Virus record (IMG/VR): IMGVR_UViG_3300007863_000014
Location: 1 to 27,685 of that record
From: a virus
Lineage: Duplodnaviria; Caudoviricetes
Strand: one strand, 5' to 3'
Length of the DNA stretch: 27,685 bases
This document shows, one piece after another, positions 10,351-17,676 of this stretch (positions are counted from its first letter, which is position 1; each line of letters begins with the position of its first letter). The position numbers were made by a program, and so were the translations under genes. Under the pieces are notes generated by a model, which worked only from the letters and a program-made list of their open reading frames with translations, ran no database searches and was not told the DNA's origin.

Positions 10351-11249
10351 TGGCAGTATTTTACACAAACGAAAGAGCGAGATATGGTGGTGTCACAGGC
10401 ACTATCATACCTTTTCCTGTTAAATTGTCGGATGTTAATGTTCCTGATCAAGGAAACTTCAAGACTTTACTTCCTGCTGGTTTTTTGAGGTGTGATGGTT
10501 CAATTCTTGCTGCTGTTGAATATCCAGTTTTAGCACAGATATTAGGAACAGGTCAAAACTCAAAATTTAGAAGACCTGAGCAAGAATTAACTAATAATCA
10601 ACTCGTATTACCCGATATAGGATCCAAATATATTCAAGGTGGTAATGCTTCTGGTACTTATCTAAATGATCGAGTAACAAATGAGAATTCAACTAAACCA
10701 TATAGAGTTGGATCTGAAGTTAGCGTGGTATCATTAATTGGTGATACCACTACACTAACATATAGTGGGGAGTTTGAAGTTATTTCTCCTGGTAATAATG
10801 AATTTATTGGCAACCCTGCTTTTGGTACTACTACAACAGATGACAGAACACTAAAAGCATTTCTGTCTGAACAAAACTTTCAATCCCATGGTCATGAAGC
10901 TGACGTTGGAGTCTTTAACTATCTTGGAAATTGGGCAGATTCTATCTTTACTGGTGAAACCACTGGTGCTTCACAGGGTGGTAATGATGGTCAGAATGAG
11001 GGTTCTAATGAAGCAATTACTATTCAATCTCCAACTGGAGCAGCTGCTGTTGTATCTCATGGACATCTAATTGATTTCCCGTCATCTACTACTGTTTCAT
11101 TAAATAACAATTTAAAATATTCTTTTGTAAATACTGATGTTGATGCTTTTGGGTTGAAGTCAGAAGTAACTCTTACTACTAATGATCTTGTAAAACTAGA
11201 TGAAGCAACACCTCCATTTATTTTAGTAGAATACCTTATCAAGATTTAA
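10350..11249 (+). CDS. Phage tail-collar domain fibre protein (299 aa)
   Basis: TAATG coupling. Collar motif TGTIIPF...LPAGFLRCDGSIL...YPVLAQILG...LPDIGSKYIQG. Two HxH motifs (SHGHE, SHGHL). Ends PPFILVEYLIKI. Confidence 0.88.
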   Translation: MAVFYTNERARYGGVTGTIIPFPVKLSDVNVPDQGNFKTLLPAGFLRCDGSILAAVEYPVLAQILGTGQNSKFRRPEQELTNNQLVLPDIGSKYIQGGNASGTYLNDRVTNENSTKPYRVGSEVSVVSLIGDTTTLTYSGEFEVISPGNNEFIGNPAFGTTTTDDRTLKAFLSEQNFQSHGHEADVGVFNYLGNWADSIFTGETTGASQGGNDGQNEGSNEAITIQSPTGAAAVVSHGHLIDFPSSTTVSLNNNLKYSFVNTDVDAFGLKSEVTLTTNDLVKLDEATPPFILVEYLIKI

Positions 11250-11250
11250 A

Positions 11251-12810
11251 ATGCCAACAGTAAGTAGATCGTCACCTGGTAGTCAGTCATTTAATATTCC
11301 TAATAGTGGTTATAATATCACTGCTACAGTTCGTGGAGCTCGTGGTGGTAGGGGTGGTGACGATGCTGAAGCAAACGGCGGCAACGGTGGCACTACTACA
11401 CAACAATCGTTTACATTTAAGCCTAATCGGAATTTTATCAGTAGAAATTTTACAATAACTGTTGGTAATAATGGTAGTAATGGTGTAAATAATCAACCAA
11501 ACGCTGCTGGTGGTAACGGTGGTAGTGGTGTTGGTTCTGGTGGTCGTGGAGGTAACGCTGGCGATCCTCCCTATTCTGGCGGCGGTGGCGGTGGCGGCGG
11601 AGGATCCGCTGTTTATGATGGCGGAGCATTAGTTATTGTTATGGGTGGATCTGGTGGCGGCGGTGGTGCTTCCGATAATAAAAATGGTGGCGGCGGTGGC
11701 GCTCAATCTACTAATGCTTCTTCAGCAGGTAGTGTTGGATCTGGTAACGGTGGACAAGGCGGCGACCCTGGTGGTAATGATGGTGGTGGAGGCGGCGGCG
11801 GCGGAGGCGGTGCCAGCGGCGGCGGAGGCGGCATTGATGGACGAGATAACAACCGAGGTGGTGGCGGCGGTGGCGCTGGTGCTTCTCGATATAATATTAA
11901 CTACATGAATGCTGGTAGTTCCAGTTCTGGACAAGGATCATCAGACGGTTATGTATCAGTTTCTTGGCAGAATGCTAATGTTCAAATCAATTCCTTCACT
12001 GCCACTCCTAATCCACAAAATAGTACAGCAGGTCTTCCTCAATACTCAACTACATTAAATTGGCAAACTACCTATGCTTTTAATGGGGTTACTCTAACAA
12101 GTGATGCTGGAGAATCTTGGTCTTATAGTAATGGAACAAACTCTAGAGTTATTACTAACTTACCTCAATCGGTGGCAGGTACTAGTAGTCCTTCTCAAAG
12201 AACATATACTTTAACTGCTAGTAATGCTACTAGTTCTAAAAATAAAAATGTTAAAGTAAAAGCTCGTAATGATAACACGTTATCAAATAGTTGGACAACA
12301 TCATTTTCTAATTTACAACCCTCTACTGTTGTTGACTTAACAATAGGAACAGCTGCTGGTATTGATATGTCAACAACAGTAAACGCTGCTGGTGCTGGTA
12401 ATTTTGTTGGATCTGGTGGATCTTTTGCTGGATCAAAAAACTTTACTAATGGACAAACAATACAGTTAAGAACTACTACCTTGCCATATAATACAGATGT
12501 CAGTGGTGAAACAGGTATCTATGGCAAAACTAATTCTAAGACAGTAACTGTTAGTTATCCTGGTGGATCGGTTGATATTACTGTAACGACAACAGCTCCT
12601 AGGATTCGTGAGGACTTTGATTATGCTGATAATGTTAACAAATATCCATATGAAGATATTGATCTTATAACTAATTCACCAACACAACATTTAGCATCAG
12701 CACAGATTAATGCTGATGATATTGAGATTCCCATGGAAATAAAAGTTGACAAACCAGGCGCTCAGGTGAGTATTAATGGTGGTGGTTGGCAAAACGCTAG
12801 GAGTATATAA
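11251..12810 (+). CDS. Glycine-rich adhesin-like protein, paralog A (519 aa)
   Basis: N-terminal polyglycine domain (about 11330-11960), then a C-terminal region shared with 12810-16109 and 16111-17265 (PNPQNST...LPQS.AG...NDNT.SN.WT.SF...PYEDID...DDIEI...VSIN.G.WQ..R.I). Confidence 0.8.
   Translation: MPTVSRSSPGSQSFNIPNSGYNITATVRGARGGRGGDDAEANGGNGGTTTQQSFTFKPNRNFISRNFTITVGNNGSNGVNNQPNAAGGNGGSGVGSGGRGGNAGDPPYSGGGGGGGGGSAVYDGGALVIVMGGSGGGGGASDNKNGGGGGAQSTNASSAGSVGSGNGGQGGDPGGNDGGGGGGGGGGASGGGGGIDGRDNNRGGGGGGAGASRYNINYMNAGSSSSGQGSSDGYVSVSWQNANVQINSFTATPNPQNSTAGLPQYSTTLNWQTTYAFNGVTLTSDAGESWSYSNGTNSRVITNLPQSVAGTSSPSQRTYTLTASNATSSKNKNVKVKARNDNTLSNSWTTSFSNLQPSTVVDLTIGTAAGIDMSTTVNAAGAGNFVGSGGSFAGSKNFTNGQTIQLRTTTLPYNTDVSGETGIYGKTNSKTVTVSYPGGSVDITVTTTAPRIREDFDYADNVNKYPYEDIDLITNSPTQHLASAQINADDIEIPMEIKVDKPGAQVSINGGGWQNARSI
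12395..12479 (+). repeat. 85-bp near-identical direct repeat, copy 1 (copy 2 at 16844-16928)
   Basis: CTGGTAATTTTGTTGGATCTGGTGGATCTTTTGCTGGATC is identical for 40 bp; 4 mismatches over 85 bp. Confidence 0.9.
12537..12573 (+). repeat. 37-bp perfect direct repeat (copy 2 at 16992-17028; partial third copy near 15842-15860)
   Basis: TAAGACAGTAACTGTTAGTTATCCTGGTGGATCGGTT occurs in paralogs A and C; AGTAACTGTTAGTTATCCT also occurs in B. Confidence 0.9.
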
Positions 12811-15800
12811 TGCCATCTCAAACATTTACATCTAACACTTCATATGCTGTCCCTTCGGATGCTGCTAATGTTACATATATTATTCATGGTGGTAAAGGTG
12901 GCCAGGGCGGTCCTGCTAGCACTCGTGTAAATCGCAGTGGTGCTGCTGGTGCTAGAGGACAAAAAATATCTGGAACTTTAACTGGCGTTGCTGGTTCAAC
13001 ACTCACATTAACTATGGGTGGCAATGGATCTAGATGTTTTGGAGATTCTGGCGCTAATGGTGGTGGTGGATATTGGAATGGTGGACGTGGTGGTAATAAT
13101 GGTTCCTACGATAGTGAGAGTGGATGGAATGCTGGTGGAGGTGGCGGCGGTGGCGGTGCTTCTGCTATTCGTATTGGTAATACTGTATTAGCTGGTGCTG
13201 GCGGCGGTGGCGGCGGAGCGTGTATTTGTTATAGTGGTGATGCTGATGCTCCTGGACTAACATCTTCTGATATTAACACTAGTGGCGGATCTAATGGTGC
13301 TGCTGGTACTGATTCTGGCGCTGCATGGAATGGCGGCGGTGGCGGCGCTGGTGGGGGATTTCCTGGTGGTGTTGTTCAAATGATTGGTGCTGGATATGCT
13401 TGGGCTGCTGGTAATGATGGTAGTGGATTTGGTGGTGCTGGCGGTGCTGGATTTTATAACACTTCGTATCATCGTAGTACTTCTACTCTTGAAACTTCTA
13501 GTTCTGATAGTGCTTTTATTACAATTTCCTATGAGTATCAAATTATTACATCAGATAGCGCGTGGACCACTAGATCTCCTCAACTTGATAATTTTGTAGG
13601 AGCTCAGGGATCTGATCCAAATAATGCCTGGACTACTTTTTTATCTAATACTAACGTAGGTGGTTATGAACCTGAAGGCACTACCGTTACTAGATCAATT
13701 GAATGGAAAATTAATATTAACAATGCAGGGAGACAAATATTCAAGACAGCTGTAGATGATGATGCTGACGTATACATTGATAATGTATTACAATTTTCAC
13801 TTGACACTTATAACAGCAACACTAATTTTACTACAGCAGATATTATTAGTGCTGGTGAACATACTATACGGATTGAACATGTTAATACTGGTGGACCTTA
13901 TGGTGTAGCAATGGATTGGACTGGATATATTCTTCCAGTACCACCAACAGTATCCTTAACTACCAGTGATAATTATCCCGTTGTCGGTCAATCATTAACT
14001 CTTACTTATTCTGGTAGTGGTTTTGGTATAACTGGATATAGTTTTACACAAACTGTTGATGGGGTTACATCTCCTGCTATTCCTGGTACAATAGGAGGTA
14101 GTGGTGTATATTTTCCAGCTGCCTCAACTACAAGAACTTATACTTATTCAGCAACAAATCCATATGGAACTTCTACTGATTCCGAATTAATTACTGTTAT
14201 TCAGTTTCCTGTAGTATCTCTCATTTCAAGTGATTCTAATAATACAATTATTAAAGGACAATCTGTAGTTCTTACGTGGTCTGCTACTTCGTCGAACCCT
14301 TCTGGATATAATATTACAAATACTAGTATGACTGGTGTTAGTAGCCCAGGATTTACGGGATCTACATTAGTAACTCCTAATGTAACAACGGCATATACTT
14401 ATTCGGCAACAAATTATGCTGGCACTAGAAGTGATACAGAAACAATTACTGTCCAAATCATACCTCCAGTAGTATCTTTAACGTCAAATGCCTCTAGTGA
14501 CACTATTACTAGACCAGGATCAGTTACACTAACATGGTCTGCATCTGCAACTGGTAATGATATCACCAGTACTTCTCTTGTAGATAATAACGGTAACGTT
14601 GTTGTTTCAAATCCAGGTACATCAGGTACTGTTGTAGTAAGTCCATCTTACGATACAACATATACTTTTTCAGCAACAAATCCTTCTGGAACAACCAATG
14701 CTGATAGACCAATCACTGTTATTCTCCCTCCTCCTGTAGTAACTTTCGATATAGTAGATAGTAATGGTAATGTTATAACTGATAACACTATTATCGAGGG
14801 AGAGTCTTTATTTTTACGATGGAATGCTGATGGTTTTGATATTACATCTACTACTCTAACTAATTATTCATCTCCTGGACTTAGTGGTACGGCGTCATTT
14901 TCTCCAACTGTACAAACAACTTATACTTATTCGGCAACAAATGCTTCAGGGACAGATACTGATTCTATAACTATTATTGTTTACTACAAACCAGTTCTTG
15001 CGTTAACAACTAATGTGGAAGATTCTAATGGAGAATCAACTATTGATTTGTTTGACAGTGTTGACATAATTTGGTCTACAACTGGAGATGGTGGCACTGT
15101 AACTTGGACTTCTGGTACTCCAGCAATTGTTAATAGTAATGGTAATGGAACACAAGCACTTGTACCATTACCATATACTACACTTACAGAAACATATTGT
15201 GCATTTCCTTCTGGACTTGGTGGAATTGGTGATACTGAATGTGTGACCATAGATGTTATACCACCACCACCAATAGTTTCTACTTTTAGTGCTTTCCCAA
15301 ATCCACCAATTGGTTTGGATGGAACACCATTATTTGAAACTACACTATATTTTACTAGTACTGGATACGGTACTGTAACTGGTAAAATTTTCCGAGATGG
15401 AGTTTTGTATAATAGTAATGTTGGATCTCCTGGTAATGGTACTCTAGTCATTAGTGACCTACCACAATCAATAGCAGGTAGTAGTAATCCAATTTCTACA
15501 GAATTTGGTTTTCAAGTATGTAATGAGGGTGGATGCTCTCCTATTTCTAATATTACTATTTTTCCTCAAAATGATAATACTCTGTCTAATAATTGGACAT
15601 CATCATTTATTAATCTAGATCCTGGTACTCAGGTGGTAGTTACATTAGGTATACTTGATGGGGTAGATATGCCCACCACGATATCCGTATCAGGTTCTGG
15701 TAATTTTATGGGAAGGAATGGAGCTTTTACTGGCAGTATAAATTATAATAATGGAGATGTAGTGCAGTTAAAAACTACTACAATGCCATTTAATACTACA

Positions 15801-16109
15801 GTACCAGCATCAGGAACTTTTGGTCTCACTAATAGTAAGGTAGTAACTGTTAGTTATCCTACTGGATCGATTAATGTTATTTTTACAACCAAAGCACCTG
15901 TAGTTGCCGAAATTTTTGATTACACTAATACCACAAATAAATACCCATATGAAGACATTGATCGCATTACTAACTCGCCAACAGAATATTTGACATCAGC
16001 ACCGATTGGCACTGATGATATTGAAATTCCTGTTGAAGTTAAATCTTCTGATGAAAATACTGAAGTAAGTATCAATGGTGGTCCATGGCAAGATGTAAGG
16101 AGTATTTAA
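12810..16109 (+). CDS. Multidomain adhesin-like protein, paralog B: Gly-rich + PA14-like + Ig/PKD-like repeats + shared C-terminus (1099 aa)
   Basis: TAATG coupling. Gly-rich region about 12890-13460. FKTAVDDDADVYID...AGEHTIRIEHVNTGG resembles PA14. Tandem P.VSL...G.S..LTWS...TYTYSATN.GT units. Shared C-terminal region. Confidence 0.8.
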   Translation: MPSQTFTSNTSYAVPSDAANVTYIIHGGKGGQGGPASTRVNRSGAAGARGQKISGTLTGVAGSTLTLTMGGNGSRCFGDSGANGGGGYWNGGRGGNNGSYDSESGWNAGGGGGGGGASAIRIGNTVLAGAGGGGGGACICYSGDADAPGLTSSDINTSGGSNGAAGTDSGAAWNGGGGGAGGGFPGGVVQMIGAGYAWAAGNDGSGFGGAGGAGFYNTSYHRSTSTLETSSSDSAFITISYEYQIITSDSAWTTRSPQLDNFVGAQGSDPNNAWTTFLSNTNVGGYEPEGTTVTRSIEWKININNAGRQIFKTAVDDDADVYIDNVLQFSLDTYNSNTNFTTADIISAGEHTIRIEHVNTGGPYGVAMDWTGYILPVPPTVSLTTSDNYPVVGQSLTLTYSGSGFGITGYSFTQTVDGVTSPAIPGTIGGSGVYFPAASTTRTYTYSATNPYGTSTDSELITVIQFPVVSLISSDSNNTIIKGQSVVLTWSATSSNPSGYNITNTSMTGVSSPGFTGSTLVTPNVTTAYTYSATNYAGTRSDTETITVQIIPPVVSLTSNASSDTITRPGSVTLTWSASATGNDITSTSLVDNNGNVVVSNPGTSGTVVVSPSYDTTYTFSATNPSGTTNADRPITVILPPPVVTFDIVDSNGNVITDNTIIEGESLFLRWNADGFDITSTTLTNYSSPGLSGTASFSPTVQTTYTYSATNASGTDTDSITIIVYYKPVLALTTNVEDSNGESTIDLFDSVDIIWSTTGDGGTVTWTSGTPAIVNSNGNGTQALVPLPYTTLTETYCAFPSGLGGIGDTECVTIDVIPPPPIVSTFSAFPNPPIGLDGTPLFETTLYFTSTGYGTVTGKIFRDGVLYNSNVGSPGNGTLVISDLPQSIAGSSNPISTEFGFQVCNEGGCSPISNITIFPQNDNTLSNNWTSSFINLDPGTQVVVTLGILDGVDMPTTISVSGSGNFMGRNGAFTGSINYNNGDVVQLKTTTMPFNTTVPASGTFGLTNSKVVTVSYPTGSINVIFTTKAPVVAEIFDYTNTTNKYPYEDIDRITNSPTEYLTSAPIGTDDIEIPVEVKSSDENTEVSINGGPWQDVRSI
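13941..15266 (+). repeat. Five tandem Ig/PKD-like protein repeats in paralog B
   Basis: Units of about 85-90 aa start near 13941, 14205, 14463, 14730 and 14988. The first four end TYT(Y/F)SATN..GT; the fifth is diverged. Confidence 0.75.
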
Positions 16110-16110
16110 C

Positions 16111-17265
16111 ATGCCAACTGTAACTTTTTCCGTGGGCAGAGCTGCCGATAATGAAAATTTTATATCAATAGGTTCCTTCACCGTAGGACCAAACGCTGGT
16201 AATGTCTCCTGGTTTTACGGTCCTGGAAGTTATAATGGAATTTCTAGTTATGGCAATGGACCTGGTGGTACAGCTTTACGATTTAGTGGAAATACTGTTG
16301 GGTTAGATGACAATCAAGGCCAATATGATTCGGATGGCAATCCTCAATTTGATAGTGATTATAATGACTTAACGGCAACAATTACTTCAGGTAATGCTAT
16401 TTTTACTGGAGGTCAATTATATGTTTACTACGATCCAGTTACAATTTATAATTTTTATGCTAGCCCAAATCCACAAAATAGTACTGGTGGCACTCCTCAA
16501 TATTCCACTACGTTGTATTGGAGTTCTGTTAATGGTACGTCAGCGACGATTACTAGTTCTGCTGGAGAATCTTGGGGAGTAGGAACATCTGGCAATAGAG
16601 GCATTTTTAATCTACCACAATCAACAGCAGGTAGTAATAGTCCAAGAACTAGAAATTATAGTTTATCAGTATCTAATCCTAATAGTAGTAAATCTGCGTC
16701 TACTAGTGTTTCAGTTAGAAATGATAATACACCATCAAATGGTTGGACTACATCGTTCACTAATTTAAATCCTAGTACGTTATATACACTCAATATTGGC
16801 ACTCTTTCTGGTGTTGATATGCCTACCACGATATCAACAACATCTGGTAATTTTGTTGGATCTGGTGGATCTTTTGCTGGATCTAAAAACTTTACTAATG
16901 GCCAAGCAATTCAGTTAAGAACTACTACATTACCATTTAATACTAGTATGTCAGGCGTAGCTTCTAATGCTACATATGGAAATACAAATAGTAAGACAGT
17001 AACTGTTAGTTATCCTGGTGGATCGGTTAATGTTACTATAACTACCAAAGCACCTGTAGTAAAAGAGACATTTAATTACGCTGATAATGTAGGTAAATTT
17101 CCATATGAGGATATTGATCTTGTAGTTAACACCCCACTCGAATTTACTACATCCGCTAATATTACTGCTGATGATATTGAAATTGCTCAAGAAGTTAAAT
17201 TGGATAATCCTGATGCTCAGGTCAGCATAAATAGTGGAACATGGCAAAATGTAAGAGCAATTTAA
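16111..17265 (+). CDS. Adhesin-like protein, paralog C: short unique N-terminal domain + shared C-terminus (384 aa)
   Basis: About 110 unique N-terminal residues, then a region closely similar to paralog A (e.g. identical GNFVGSGGSFAGSKNFTNGQ and TNSKTVTVSYPGGSV). Confidence 0.8.
   Translation: MPTVTFSVGRAADNENFISIGSFTVGPNAGNVSWFYGPGSYNGISSYGNGPGGTALRFSGNTVGLDDNQGQYDSDGNPQFDSDYNDLTATITSGNAIFTGGQLYVYYDPVTIYNFYASPNPQNSTGGTPQYSTTLYWSSVNGTSATITSSAGESWGVGTSGNRGIFNLPQSTAGSNSPRTRNYSLSVSNPNSSKSASTSVSVRNDNTPSNGWTTSFTNLNPSTLYTLNIGTLSGVDMPTTISTTSGNFVGSGGSFAGSKNFTNGQAIQLRTTTLPFNTSMSGVASNATYGNTNSKTVTVSYPGGSVNVTITTKAPVVKETFNYADNVGKFPYEDIDLVVNTPLEFTTSANITADDIEIAQEVKLDNPDAQVSINSGTWQNVRAI
16844..16928 (+). 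repeat. 85-bp near-identical direct repeat, copy 2
   Basis: Aligns without gaps to 12395-12479 with 4 substitutions. Confidence 0.9.
17227..17233 (+). promoter_or_regulatory. Possible late promoter (ATAAATA) embedded in the end of paralog C
   Basis: 33 nt upstream of ATG 17267. The equivalent positions of paralogs A and B (attaatggt, atcaatggt) lack it. Confidence 0.4.
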
Positions 17266-17266
17266 A

Positions 17267-17476
17267 ATGGCAGTCGAAAGAACCGAAGTTGTAGATGCTA
17301 TTGAAGTTAGACCTTTGCTAAAGCAAGTAGGTGTTACAAAGACTGTGACTACAAAAGAAGATGGAGAAACAGTATCGGTAAATTCTTATACTCATTATTT
17401 TTCCCAAGACGACGACATTTCTGCTGAAGATGCTTTATTTCAGAATATTTCTAATCATTATTGGAGTACATTATGA
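17267..17476 (+). CDS. Small acidic hypothetical protein (69 aa), possible fibre-associated/chaperone protein
   Basis: ATG 1 nt after the upstream stop; its TGA overlaps the next ATG. The pattern VVDAIEV...KEDG..VS...H...DDIS.ED...W recalls small proteins found beside marine phage fibre genes (recollection, not searched). Confidence 0.65.
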   Translation: MAVERTEVVDAIEVRPLLKQVGVTKTVTTKEDGETVSVNSYTHYFSQDDDISAEDALFQNISNHYWSTL

Positions 17477-17649
17477 AAAAATTTCCTGTAGTAAATAATT
17501 TAAATCCAAGTCATCCTCATTATAAGTCAAAGATCTTTAAAGTTGACGGTGATCAATCTCAAGAAATCACAGCAGACAAACCGATACAAGTAAGAATTAA
17601 TAACGGTCCTTGGATTGACGTTAGACAATCTGACCTAAATAACAAATAG
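17473..17649 (+). CDS. 58-aa mini-protein carrying the terminal motif of paralogs A-C
   Basis: ATG 17473 forms an ATGA overlap and is preferred to TTG 17461. EITADKPIQVRINNGPWIDVRQ aligns with EIKVDKPGAQVSINGGGWQNARS (A) and TEVSINGGPWQDVRS (B). Confidence 0.7.
   Translation: MKKFPVVNNLNPSHPHYKSKIFKVDGDQSQEITADKPIQVRINNGPWIDVRQSDLNNK
17635..17641 (+). promoter_or_regulatory. Putative T4-like late promoter (CTAAATA)
   Basis: TAAATA core of the gp55-type TATAAATA promoter, 35 nt upstream of the 1917-aa gene, at one of the few intergenic gaps in the operon. Confidence 0.6.
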
Positions 17650-17676
17650 AAATAGCACGTGATAGAGTAGTAATCC

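Noticed and set aside
11570-11880. GGC/GGT runs as a microsatellite or CRISPR-like repeat
   Set aside because: They are mixed glycine codons in frame within a coding domain, with no fixed repeat-spacer period.
15937-15943. ATAAATA as a late promoter for paralog C
   Set aside because: It is about 170 nt from the next start and explained by Asn-Lys-Tyr codons in AT-rich sequence.
12395-16928. Diversity-generating retroelement TR/VR pair: all 4 mismatches in the 85-bp repeat are A in copy 1
   Set aside because: Three of the four are synonymous third-position changes, AAC/AAT codons are unchanged, both copies are inside genes, and no reverse transcriptase is in the window.
17647-17676. Stop-codon readthrough fusing the mini-ORF to the 1917-aa gene (same frame)
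   Set aside because: Four in-frame stops including a TAA intervene, and a late-promoter core lies just upstream.
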